A DNA stretch of 64,000 nucleotides from a virus, in IMG/VR virus record IMGVR_UViG_2695420886_000004; one strand, given 5' to 3'. Made by a program: the position numbers and the translations under genes. Shown here in pieces: positions 36,527-45,421 of the stretch. The notes beneath the pieces were generated by a model that saw nothing but the letters and a program-made list of their open reading frames with translations, searched no databases and was not told where the DNA came from. Numbering within the stretch: position 1 is the first letter of the stretch; each line of letters starts with the position of its first letter.

Positions 36527-38641
36527 ATGAAACGCTGGATGACCATCGCCGAGATCGCCGAGGCCAAGCTGCCTGGCCTGCCGCCGTCGCCCCGAGGAGT
36601 GGCGAAACGGGCGCAGTCCGAGGGCTGGGCGACGCGGACGACCCAGGTGCGCAAGCGCAAGGGCCGCGGCGGTGGTCTGGAGTTCTCGGTTGAACTGCTG
36701 CCGGACGAGGCCCGCGCCGAGCTGATCCGGCGCGAGGCGAACCCGGGTGAACCGGTCAACGTGATCACGCTGCGCGAGAATGACCCGCTGACAGGTGCCG
36801 AGCGCGATCGGCGCGACGCGCGACTGCATGTGCTCGCTGCGTTTGACGAGTTCTTGGAAGCGAACCATCTGACTGTTCGCGCGGGATACACGATGTTCGC
36901 GGATGCATGGAACGGCGACTTGATCGGCGCTCCAGAGCCCGTCAAGGCGCTCGTGCCCAGACTCACGCGTGACCGCCTGATCGAATGGGCCGCCATCCGT
37001 CGCCGGGACGGTGACGACGCCCTGGGCATTGACCGCCGTGGACGCCCGGCCAAGATCGAGGCCGCGGCCGACGGTGCGGTGGTCACGGCGCTCTTGGGGG
37101 CGATCGCGAAGCAATCCTTCCTTTCGGCGGATCAGCTTGGTGCCTATCTGCGCGACCGCTTCGGCGATGCGCTGCCCGAGATCAGCGAACGGACCATCCA
37201 GCGTGCCAGGACCAAGTATGAGGCGGAACACCGCAACGCGCTGATGTCGATCCGCGACCCGGACCGGTTCCGGTCCACGGTCGAACACAGCGCCACCAAC
37301 TCGACCTTCGCCGCGGGCCTCAATGACCTCTGGCAGATCGACGCCTCGCCTGCCGACGTGATGCTGGCGGGCAAACGGCGGCACTCGATCTATCTGGCGA
37401 TCGACATCTGGAGCCGCCGGGTGCGGGTGCTGGTCACCCGCTCGCCCCGCGCCGAAGCGGTGGCGATGCTGCTGCGCGCCTGCATCCTCGCCTGGGGCGT
37501 GCCGCGGCGCGTCAAGACCGACAACGGCAGCGATTTCAAGGCCAAGTCGATCACCCGCCTCTTCGCCGCGATGCAGATCGAACACGAGCTGTCCGCCCCT
37601 TACGAGCCGAAGAGCAAGGGCAACGTCGAGCGCGCCATCGGCACCTTCCAGCGTGACCTTGCCACCTGCCCGGGCTTCATCGGCCACTCGGTCGCCGACC
37701 GCAAAGTGATCGAGAGCCGCAAAGCCTTCTCGAAACGCCTCGGCATGTCGGAGCTGGATCTCTTCGACGTGCAGATGGACCTGCCCGAGTTCCAGCAATG
37801 GTGCAACGACTGGTCCGACAAGGTCTACGCGCACCGGCAGCACTCCGGGCTGAAAAAGCTCACGCCGTTCATGCGGGCGGCCAGCTGGCGGGGCGAGCTG
37901 CGCCGCCTGGAACATCCGAAGGCGCTCGACATCCTCCTCGCCCCGATCGCGGGCCGGGACGGGGTGCGCACGGTCGGCAAGCAAGGGCTGAAGATCGGCT
38001 CCGAACACTACCAGACCAGCGCCGCGCCGGTCGGCAGCGAAGTGCTCGTCCGGATGGACCCCTGCGACCTCGGCCGGGCCATCGTCTTCTCGCTCGACGG
38101 GGAAACCTACCTCGGCGACGCGATCTGCCCGCACCTGGCGGGAGAGGATCCGGTGGAGGTCACGATGCGCGTCAAGGCCGCGCAGAAGGCACTACTCAAG
38201 GAAGAAACCGACCGGATCAAAGGCGAGATGAGAAAGATCAAGCCGCGCGATTTCTCGGACGCGCTGATCCGTCAGGGCGAAAAGCGGGCGGCGAACCTCG
38301 CCTACATCGAGCGCCCGGCGACCCCGTTCAGCACCCCTGCGCTCGATGCGGCCAAGGCGGCGCTCGACGGTGCCACTCCGACCGCCCCCACCGCCTACGA
38401 CCCGGTGGTCGTCGCGACACAGCTGGCCGAGGTGGTGCGCCTGCCCGCGCAGCGCCGTCCGATCCAGCAAGACCGTATGCAGGACCATTTCCGCCGCGCC
38501 ATCGACCTCGAAGAGGCGATCGCGGCCGGGGAACAGATCAGCGAGGCCGATGCGGCCTGGCTGCGCAGCTATCAGCAGCACCCCGACTACCGGGGCGCGA
38601 AGCGGATTTTCGAGATCCACGGTCGACGGATGTTCGGCTGA
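36527..38641 (+). CDS. Mu-like transposase A (DDE)
   Basis: KRWMTIAEIA HTH; WQIDASP, KTDNGSDF, GNVERAIG. Confidence 0.95.
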   Translation: MKRWMTIAEIAEAKLPGLPPSPRGVAKRAQSEGWATRTTQVRKRKGRGGGLEFSVELLPDEARAELIRREANPGEPVNVITLRENDPLTGAERDRRDARLHVLAAFDEFLEANHLTVRAGYTMFADAWNGDLIGAPEPVKALVPRLTRDRLIEWAAIRRRDGDDALGIDRRGRPAKIEAAADGAVVTALLGAIAKQSFLSADQLGAYLRDRFGDALPEISERTIQRARTKYEAEHRNALMSIRDPDRFRSTVEHSATNSTFAAGLNDLWQIDASPADVMLAGKRRHSIYLAIDIWSRRVRVLVTRSPRAEAVAMLLRACILAWGVPRRVKTDNGSDFKAKSITRLFAAMQIEHELSAPYEPKSKGNVERAIGTFQRDLATCPGFIGHSVADRKVIESRKAFSKRLGMSELDLFDVQMDLPEFQQWCNDWSDKVYAHRQHSGLKKLTPFMRAASWRGELRRLEHPKALDILLAPIAGRDGVRTVGKQGLKIGSEHYQTSAAPVGSEVLVRMDPCDLGRAIVFSLDGETYLGDAICPHLAGEDPVEVTMRVKAAQKALLKEETDRIKGEMRKIKPRDFSDALIRQGEKRAANLAYIERPATPFSTPALDAAKAALDGATPTAPTAYDPVVVATQLAEVVRLPAQRRPIQQDRMQDHFRRAIDLEEAIAAGEQISEADAAWLRSYQQHPDYRGAKRIFEIHGRRMFG

Positions 38642-38701
38642 GGAAGGTGCCGCCGGGAGCGTGCAGGCCCCACGGCGGCGAGCAGTGAAGTGAGGAAGAA
38701 C

Positions 38702-39442
38702 ATGACAGAGAGCAACAGGCAGTTCAACAGCGTCGCGCCCCTGCGCAACGTGGTGGCGATGGTGCAGCTCGTTGACCGCGTGATCTCGCGGGCGCCGACG
38801 CTGCCGGGCATGGCGGTCTTCTACGGGCCGTCGGGCTACGGCAAAAGCTCGGCCGCCACCTACGCGATGAACACCTTCGGCGCCTATTACATCCAGGCAG
38901 AAAGCACCTGGTCGAAGAAGAGCCTGTGCGAAGCGATCTCGCTTGAGATCGGCATCGAGCCCTCGGGCCGCATCGATCAGATGGTGCGGGCGATCTACCG
39001 CGAGATCAGCGCCACCGGCCGCCCGCTTCTGATCGACGAGGCCGATCACATCGTCGCCCGCGGCCTGATCGAACTGGTCCGCGACATCTATGAGAAATCC
39101 GAGGCCAGCATCATCCTGATCGGCGAGGAAGACCTGCCGCGCAAGCTGATGCGCTGGGAACGGGTGCATGGCCGGATGCTGGCCTGGGTGGCGGCCGAGC
39201 CGGGCACGATCACCGATGTGACGCTCCTGCAGGAGATCTACTGCCCCGGCGTCGAGATCGAAGAGGCCCTGAAACAGCGCCTGCTGACCGAGTCGCGCAA
39301 CTCGATCCGCCGCATCTGCGTGAACCTCAACGAAATCTCGCTGCTGGCGCGGCGCAACGGCACGCAGACGGTCACCGCGGCCGACTGGGGGCAAGGCAGT
39401 TTCTTCACCGGCGAACCGCCGCGCCCGCGGGGGCTGAAATGA
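38702..39442 (+). CDS. MuB-like AAA+ ATPase
   Basis: GPSGYGKS, LLIDEAD. Confidence 0.92.
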   Translation: MTESNRQFNSVAPLRNVVAMVQLVDRVISRAPTLPGMAVFYGPSGYGKSSAATYAMNTFGAYYIQAESTWSKKSLCEAISLEIGIEPSGRIDQMVRAIYREISATGRPLLIDEADHIVARGLIELVRDIYEKSEASIILIGEEDLPRKLMRWERVHGRMLAWVAAEPGTITDVTLLQEIYCPGVEIEEALKQRLLTESRNSIRRICVNLNEISLLARRNGTQTVTAADWGQGSFFTGEPPRPRGLK

Positions 39443-40032
39443 GAAAGCGCGTCGATACCATGCAGAAGGAAGGCATGACGAACCCGCGCCAGACGATCTG
39501 GACCGCGATCCGGGATCTGGCGGGCGAGGATCTTGCGGGCCAGTTCACCGTGACGGACATCGTCGATCGCACCGGCGTGCATCGCAAAACCGCGTCGGAC
39601 TATTTCGCCTGCCTAGTGGCGGCCGAGTACCTTACGGCGACTGCCGACACCCCGCCGGTCTTCGTTCTCCGCAAGGATGGTGGCGTGCATGCTCCCCGCG
39701 TGCGTCGCGACGGCTCGGCCGTGACCCAGGGCGCAGGCGCGCTGAACATGTGGAGGTCGATGCGCGGGCTGGCGCAGTTCAGCTATCGCGATATCGCGTT
39801 GCATTCGACTACGCCGACCGTCTCAGTGAACGAGGAAACGGCGAAGAGCTTTTGCGCGATGCTGCTCGCCACCGGGTTCCTGCGCGTCGTTCAGAAAGCT
39901 GACCCGGCCAAGGCTCGCCTTGCCATCTATCGCCTCATTCGCAACGACGGTCCGAAGCCGCCGCAGATCCAGCGCGTCAAGCAGGTCTTCGACCCGAACA
40001 CCGGCAAGGTCTATCAGCGGGGGGCGAACTGA
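39439..40032 (+). CDS. winged-helix early protein
   Basis: Homolog of 4938..5525. Confidence 0.75.
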   Translation: MRKRVDTMQKEGMTNPRQTIWTAIRDLAGEDLAGQFTVTDIVDRTGVHRKTASDYFACLVAAEYLTATADTPPVFVLRKDGGVHAPRVRRDGSAVTQGAGALNMWRSMRGLAQFSYRDIALHSTTPTVSVNEETAKSFCAMLLATGFLRVVQKADPAKARLAIYRLIRNDGPKPPQIQRVKQVFDPNTGKVYQRGAN

Positions 40033-40397
40033 TGTCCTTCGTCGAAACCGCTGAAAAGGCTTGGGGCAAGCCGCTGCCCGACTGGATCGCCGTGCTGGCC
40101 CGCCAGTGCGATGAGGGCACGCAGCGCAAGGCGGCCGAGCGGCTGGGCTATTCGGCAGGCCTCGTCAGCAACGTCCTGCGCAAGAGTTACGCGGGCAACA
40201 TGGCGGCGGTCGAGGAAGCCGTGCGCGGCGCCTGGATGGGCGACACCGTCGTCTGCCCGGCCATGGGCACGATCCCCTCGGACACCTGTCTCGACTGGCG
40301 GCGCAAGGCGAAGAAGTTCGCGGCAACGAACAACCATCGCGTCCGGATGTTCAAGGCCTGCAAGGCCTGCGCCCGCAACCAAAAGGAGGGCGCATGA
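40032..40397 (+). CDS. HTH plus Cys-motif early protein
   Basis: Homolog of 5522..5893. Confidence 0.72.
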   Translation: MSFVETAEKAWGKPLPDWIAVLARQCDEGTQRKAAERLGYSAGLVSNVLRKSYAGNMAAVEEAVRGAWMGDTVVCPAMGTIPSDTCLDWRRKAKKFAATNNHRVRMFKACKACARNQKEGA

Positions 40398-40639
40398 TGT
40401 TCGCCAGCCTCGGCATTGACGCACTGCCCGAACGACTGCGCGCGGCGATCGAGCTCAGTAACATCACGATCGCCGAAGCCGCTCGCCGCTGCGAAATGCC
40501 CCAGCCGTCGATCGAAGGCTATCTCGCGGGCAAGAACATGCCCGGCGCCCGCGCCATCGCCGCGATCTGTGTCGGACTGAAAATCTCGGCGGACTGGCTG
40601 CTGTTCGGCACCGGCCATGCCCGGCGGGGGTGGCAATGA
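40394..40639 (+). CDS. XRE-family HTH protein
   Basis: RLRAAI...TIAEAARRCEMPQPSIEGYL.GKNMP...ISADWLLFG. Confidence 0.8.
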   Translation: MMFASLGIDALPERLRAAIELSNITIAEAARRCEMPQPSIEGYLAGKNMPGARAIAAICVGLKISADWLLFGTGHARRGWQ

Positions 40640-40869
40640 CCGAGGACATCGTCCGGCTGACCAACGACGAGCTGATGAACCGGGCCGCGCGCGCCCTGGG
40701 CAAGATCGATCAGCACGGCCCGCGCGGCGTGACCCTCGTCTCCTTCGAAGAAATCGAGGCCATGGCGGGCCTGCTCGCCTGCCTCGGGCTTGTCCCGGCC
40801 TACCCGGGGCAAGCCATCCCGAAAACCCGCTTCCTCACCACCTACACCAAGGGCAGGACCGATGTCTGA
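40636..40869 (+). CDS. conserved hypothetical protein
   Basis: Homolog of 6350..6571. Confidence 0.65.
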   Translation: MTEDIVRLTNDELMNRAARALGKIDQHGPRGVTLVSFEEIEAMAGLLACLGLVPAYPGQAIPKTRFLTTYTKGRTDV

Positions 40870-41512
40870 TTTCTCCCCCGCCGCGGTGCCCACGGGCATC
40901 ATCGACGTCAACGGCAAGGCCTACATGACAGACGCGAAGGGCGCGCTCATGCCGGTCGAGCTGATCAAACCCCAGCATGTCCTTGAGGACGAGACGGTGC
41001 GCAAGATCATGGGCTTCGCACTGGCGCTCTCGGCGCAGGTGACCCGGTTCAAGGAACACACCTACGAGGATCTCGGAGCGTTCGATGCGCTGCTGGAGCA
41101 GGAATATGGCCTGACCAAGGGCGGACCGAAGGGCAACCGCACCTATCAGAGCTTCGACGGGCTGATGAAGATCGAGGTCCGCGTCAACGACCTGATCGAC
41201 TTCGGGCCCGAGCTGCAGATCGGCAAGGCGCTCCTGGACGAATGCCTCACTGAATGGGCCGAGGACAGCCGCCCCGAGGTTCGGGCGCTGATCACCAAGA
41301 CCTTCAACACGGAAAAAGAGGCCCAGGTGAACCGGGCGCTGCTGTTCACGCTGCTCAGCCTCGAAGTCGAGGACGCGCGCTGGAACCGCGCCATGGATGC
41401 TATCCGCGAGGCGATCCGGATCGTGGGCTCGAAGACCTACTACCGCATCCAGATGCGCGCCGCGCCCGATGCGCCTTGGACCTCGGTCACGATCGATCTC
41501 GCCAAGGCCTGA
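40862..41512 (+). CDS. DUF3164 family protein
   Basis: Homolog of 6587..7249. Confidence 0.85.
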   Translation: MSDFSPAAVPTGIIDVNGKAYMTDAKGALMPVELIKPQHVLEDETVRKIMGFALALSAQVTRFKEHTYEDLGAFDALLEQEYGLTKGGPKGNRTYQSFDGLMKIEVRVNDLIDFGPELQIGKALLDECLTEWAEDSRPEVRALITKTFNTEKEAQVNRALLFTLLSLEVEDARWNRAMDAIREAIRIVGSKTYYRIQMRAAPDAPWTSVTIDLAKA

Positions 41513-41588
41513 CCCCATTCCCGGCCGCCCACCCGGCCGGGGCCAGCCCGCCACTCACGGAACACCCCGAAACAGACAGGAGGCCCAG

Positions 41589-41867
41589 ATGGGCAAAACA
41601 CCGACTTTCTCGAAATCCGACCTCGCCCGGACACTCTCGGAACCGCTCAATCTGCCCAAGAGCAAAGTCGAGGCGCTGATCGACATCGTCTTCACCTCGA
41701 TCCGTGCCCGCGCCGAAGCCGGTGCCACCGTCGCCATCGCGGGCTTTGGCCGTTTCGAGGTAAAAACCAAGCCCGCTCGCGCCGGGCGCAACCCGCGCAC
41801 GGGCGAGAGCGTGCAGATCCCCGAGAGCCGCAAGCTGACCTTCCGCCCCTCGAAATCGAAAGCCTGA
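41589..41867 (+). CDS. hup: HU-family DNA-binding protein
   Basis: IAGFGRFEV...ARAGRNPRTGESVQIP..RKLTFRPS. Confidence 0.92.
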   Translation: MGKTPTFSKSDLARTLSEPLNLPKSKVEALIDIVFTSIRARAEAGATVAIAGFGRFEVKTKPARAGRNPRTGESVQIPESRKLTFRPSKSKA

Positions 41868-41930
41868 GCGAAACGCGCTCGGGCAACCGGGTGCGTCGTC
41901 GGGGTGTTGTGGCCCCGGCCTGATGAGCAG
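41868..41930 (+). ncRNA. type II hammerhead ribozyme
   Basis: GAAA 41870..73; 10-bp stem III with GCAA loop; GUC site (C41897); 7-bp stem I; CUGAUGA 41920..26; 2-bp stem II. Confidence 0.8.
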
Positions 41931-41946
41931 CTGGAGGGTAAGCAGT

Positions 41947-42180
41947 ATGTTCGAACTGAAACCGATTTCCACGGCACCCAAGACAGGCGCAAACTGGGTC
42001 GCCTACGCGTTTTTGGGGTGGTGCCCAGATGAAACCGCCGTCGATGGTGGCGACTGGCGTGTCTGCTGGTGGGAACCGGCGGTGAACGGCGGCTGCTGGT
42101 GGGGGGATCGAGATCTTCCCGAAACCCCGACACTCTGGACCGAGTTGCCCCCGGTGCCGAGCAACGGAGGGCGGGCGTGA
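41947..42180 (+). CDS. Trp-rich hypothetical protein
   Basis: LKPISTAPK...CWW...PTLWTELPPVP (DUF551-like pattern). Confidence 0.62.
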   Translation: MFELKPISTAPKTGANWVAYAFLGWCPDETAVDGGDWRVCWWEPAVNGGCWWGDRDLPETPTLWTELPPVPSNGGRA

Positions 42181-42383
42181 TGTCTTTGCTCCCTGCCGAA
42201 AATGATCCGCGTTTCGGTGTTGTCCCTCACTACGACCAAGATGGTCGACCGATGACGCCAACGGCCATCGGGTACCCCGCGGCGGCGTTCTATCGCTACC
42301 GGGCCCGTCTGGGGGCTGACGTTGAGAGCAGGATCGAAATGTGTCCGACCTCTCAATGGGGCATGCTCGGGGAAAGCTTCTGA
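42180..42383 (+). CDS. hypothetical protein
   Basis: TGATG-coupled at both ends. Confidence 0.5.
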   Translation: MSLLPAENDPRFGVVPHYDQDGRPMTPTAIGYPAAAFYRYRARLGADVESRIEMCPTSQWGMLGESF

Positions 42384-42592
42384 TGTTCATCCTTAGCGCC
42401 AGCGACGAGCACACACGCCTGCGGTCCTATTCCGCGACCACCAAGGGCACGGTCTCGATCGTCAAGATCGAGGTCGAATGCACCTCCAGCTGGGAATTCG
42501 GCTATCTGCTTCGCTCCCTGGAAGAACTCGACACCGAGACGAAGGCGGTGCGCGCGGCCAAGGCGGCGGCTGGTCGGTCGGGTGGGAAATGA
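42383..42592 (+). CDS. homolog of 7260..7526, C-terminus altered by deletion
   Basis: MFILS..DE.TRLRSYSAT; similarity stops at AAKA. Confidence 0.65.
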   Translation: MFILSASDEHTRLRSYSATTKGTVSIVKIEVECTSSWEFGYLLRSLEELDTETKAVRAAKAAAGRSGGK

Positions 42593-42753
42593 TCGAGCAG
42601 CGCCCCGTCCGCCGCTGGAGTGCCGAGGCCAAGGGGAGGGTCAGACGGCTGAACCTCCGCCGCCGGATCGAGAAACGGTTTCCGCTCTTTGCGGAAATCT
42701 TCATCGCGGACGAGCTCGCACGGCGTCCCCAGTATTTCAAAGGTGAAGCATGA
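42589..42753 (+). pseudogene. 3' remnant of the 7833..8177 homolog
   Basis: GWSVGWEMIEQRPVRRWS aligns with GWAVHWVMIEQRPIRRWS; 5' half missing. Confidence 0.6.
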
Positions 42754-43379
42754 GTGCCGTCAAGATGATCTACGCCGGAATCCGTGCCCTCGGGATCGAG
42801 GAGGAGGACGACCGCCGCGACCTTTATCAGCGCATCACCGGCAAGCGCCGCCTGCGCGAAATGACCCCGGCCGAGAAGGACGCCGTGGTGTCCGAACTGC
42901 GCCGCCTCGGCTTCAAGGTGGCGGGGCCGCCCCGCAAGCTCGATGGCCCCTTCGCCAAGAAGCTGCAGGCGCTCTGGATTGCCGGGTGGAACCTCGGCCT
43001 GATCCGCTCGGCCGACGATGCCGCGCTTCTGGCCTTCATCAAGCGTCAGACCGGCATCGATCACCCGCGCTGGCTGCGCGACCCGAAGCGGGCCGACAAG
43101 GCGATCGAGGCGTTGAAGGCCTGGACCGCCCGCGACGGCGGCGTGATGTGGGGCAACACGCAGGGTTTCAGCTGGCTGCGCCTGCCCGGCGCCCGTGTGG
43201 CCTGGGCGCAATGGCGCAAGATCCGGCCCGAGGCCACGCTGACGCAGTGGCAGCCGTTTTCGGCGGTGGTGCTGCAGGAGATGATGGGCGGCCAGCGCGC
43301 CAACCTCGACGCCTTGACGGCCGCCGACTGGCGCAATGTCAACAACGCCCTGGGCGAGATCATCCGGGGGGCGAAATGA
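42750..43379 (+). CDS. gemA: Mu gp16/GemA family protein
   Basis: IYAGIRALGIEEEDDRRDLY..ITGK..LREMT. Confidence 0.8.
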   Translation: MSAVKMIYAGIRALGIEEEDDRRDLYQRITGKRRLREMTPAEKDAVVSELRRLGFKVAGPPRKLDGPFAKKLQALWIAGWNLGLIRSADDAALLAFIKRQTGIDHPRWLRDPKRADKAIEALKAWTARDGGVMWGNTQGFSWLRLPGARVAWAQWRKIRPEATLTQWQPFSAVVLQEMMGGQRANLDALTAADWRNVNNALGEIIRGAK

Positions 43380-43864
43380 CCATTCTTCGGTTTCACGAGC
43401 GCTTCGCCGACAAGATCATCGCCGGGACCAAAAGCTCGACGTTCAAGCTCGGCGATGTCTACTTCAAACCCGGCGACTTTGTTCAGCTGCGCAAGCGCAA
43501 AGGCGATGACCCGAACGATACGGATCTGATCCCGCCCTCGCTGGTCTGGCAGGTTCAGCCGATGATTTTCCATTTTTCCGCCATTCGTGGGTTGATCGAG
43601 ACAATCTCGATCAACGGTGCCGCGCTTGGGCCGCTCGACTCTGAAGCCTTTGCGATCCTCGAAGGGTTCGAGCCGGTCGGCATCTGGCAAGAAGCCGAAA
43701 CTGCGCTCGAGGAAATGGGCCAGTTCTTCACGACACTCTGGCCCGAGCAGCGCGTTGTCACCGGGCATGTCATCCAGTGGGTGCCGACGGGCGGGTTCGA
43801 TCAGGTCGCGAACAACCTGTTTGCGGCTGTCATGCTCGCGAAGGAGCGCCTCGATGTCGCATGA
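43376..43864 (+). CDS. ASCH/PUA-like domain protein
   Basis: LRF...FADKIIAGTKSSTF...GD.VQL...FA..EGF. Confidence 0.62.
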   Translation: MTILRFHERFADKIIAGTKSSTFKLGDVYFKPGDFVQLRKRKGDDPNDTDLIPPSLVWQVQPMIFHFSAIRGLIETISINGAALGPLDSEAFAILEGFEPVGIWQEAETALEEMGQFFTTLWPEQRVVTGHVIQWVPTGGFDQVANNLFAAVMLAKERLDVA

Positions 43865-44048
43865 TCTCCGCACCAAGGTCGCTGCCGAAATCCTGACCGA
43901 GGTCAGAGCCCGCCGCCCGCACTGGATCGGAGGCGAACCGCAACCCTCGGATCTGCGCGGAATCGTGGGCGCGGTTCGCGTGCATACCCGGGCCGACGAA
44001 GCGCTGATCCGCCAGATCATGGACGAGGTGGTCGGTCATGCCGTCTGA
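43854..44048 (+). CDS. hypothetical protein
   Basis: SD AAGGAG; overlaps neighbours. Confidence 0.55.
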   Translation: MSHDLRTKVAAEILTEVRARRPHWIGGEPQPSDLRGIVGAVRVHTRADEALIRQIMDEVVGHAV

Positions 44049-44358
44049 AGTCGAACTGCGCGCGGCCGTGGCGCTTGCGGTCGGGGACCGGGCGCTGCGA
44101 ATGATCACCGAGCAATGCGATCATCTCGCCTTCAATGCCGATCTCGGGCGGCTTGAAGGGGTCTTCAAATCGCATGATGACAACGGCCCTAAGGAGTTCA
44201 CGGTCCGGATCGCCCTGACCGAGCCCGCGGTGCCCTTCGGGGGCCGCGCCATCGTTGTCCACATGTGCAGCGAGGACGGCTGGCAGATCGAGATGAGCGT
44301 CGTCATCCCCGCCGCTGCCTTGGCAGCTGCCGTTACCGGCGCTGAGGTGCGTGGATGA
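44038..44358 (+). CDS. hypothetical protein
   Basis: 106 aa within coupled operon. Confidence 0.55.
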   Translation: MPSEVELRAAVALAVGDRALRMITEQCDHLAFNADLGRLEGVFKSHDDNGPKEFTVRIALTEPAVPFGGRAIVVHMCSEDGWQIEMSVVIPAAALAAAVTGAEVRG

Positions 44359-44951
44359 TCTGGCCGTTCGAGACCCTGACCCCGATGAAATACGGCGCCA
44401 TCCTGTGTGACCCGCCTTGGGCCTATGTGATGCGCTCGGAAAAGGGCCATGCCAAATCGCCCGAGGCCCATTACGGAACGATGAGCCCCGAAGAACTGGC
44501 GGCGCTGCCGGTCGGCCAGCTTGCGGGGCCGGATTGCCTGATCTTCATGTGGTCGACCTGGCCGCACCTGAAGATCGCCCAGCATCTGCTCGAAGATTGG
44601 GGCTTCGCCTACATCACCGGTGGCTCCTGGAACAAGCGTGGCCGTTCCGGCAAGGCAATGGTCGGCACTGGCTATTTTCTGCGCAGCAGCTGCGAGCCCT
44701 ACCTGGTGGGCAAGATCGGCAGGCCGTCGCCGGGGTCGCGCTCGGTCACCAACCTGATCGATGCGGCCGAGATCCCCGACACGATCGAGGCGCTGCGGCG
44801 CGAGCATTCCCGCAAACCTGCCGAGATGCGCGAGATGATCGAGCGGCTGCTGCCCCGGGCCTATTGCTGCGAGCTGTTCGCGCGCGAGCCTTGGCCGGGC
44901 CATGACGTCTGGGGCAACGAGACCACCAAGTTTGCGGAGGGGACACCATGA
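44355..44951 (+). CDS. MT-A70 family adenine methyltransferase
   Basis: CDPPW, IFMW, HSRKP, ELFAR. Confidence 0.9.
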   Translation: MIWPFETLTPMKYGAILCDPPWAYVMRSEKGHAKSPEAHYGTMSPEELAALPVGQLAGPDCLIFMWSTWPHLKIAQHLLEDWGFAYITGGSWNKRGRSGKAMVGTGYFLRSSCEPYLVGKIGRPSPGSRSVTNLIDAAEIPDTIEALRREHSRKPAEMREMIERLLPRAYCCELFAREPWPGHDVWGNETTKFAEGTP

Positions 44952-45319
44952 CGAATGCCCCCAAGCCCCCCGCCCATGTCGAACCCTATGTCCGGGTGCT
45001 GGGCGTCGATCTGGCGATCAAGTTCCTGCTCGCCTTCGGTGGGGCCGAGCTTTACATCCCGGCCGTGCCGAACGGGCGATCGCGGCTGGTCGAAGTGATC
45101 GGCCGCGAGGCCGCCGAGCGGCTGGCGGCGATCGCACACACGCTGCCCCGCCGCGTGCCGACGGCAAAGCCCTGGATCGCCCAGGTGTTTGACTCAAGGG
45201 GCTTGCCTAGAGCCGACATTGCCCGCACATTGCACTCGTCAGATGTTGCGGTTCGCCGCTGGCTGTCTGGCCACCACTCGCATCGCGACCAGGACAGCAG
45301 GCAATTGCGCCTGTTCTGA
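44948..45319 (+). CDS. Mor/C-like late transcription activator
   Basis: Homolog of 9450..9842. Confidence 0.75.
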   Translation: MTNAPKPPAHVEPYVRVLGVDLAIKFLLAFGGAELYIPAVPNGRSRLVEVIGREAAERLAAIAHTLPRRVPTAKPWIAQVFDSRGLPRADIARTLHSSDVAVRRWLSGHHSHRDQDSRQLRLF

Positions 45320-45330
45320 GGACCGCTCCG

Positions 45331-45343
45331 CACACCGTTGTGG
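45331..45343 (+). promoter_or_regulatory. late-promoter box of prophage B, copy 1
   Basis: CACACCGTTGTGG identical to 59949..59961; upstream of lysis operon. Confidence 0.65.
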
Positions 45344-45421
45344 GCGGTTTTCTCATTTCAAATCAATCATTCTGAACCCAATCCGAGGGCGGCCTGCGCC
45401 CTCATCCACATTGGGGGCAGC

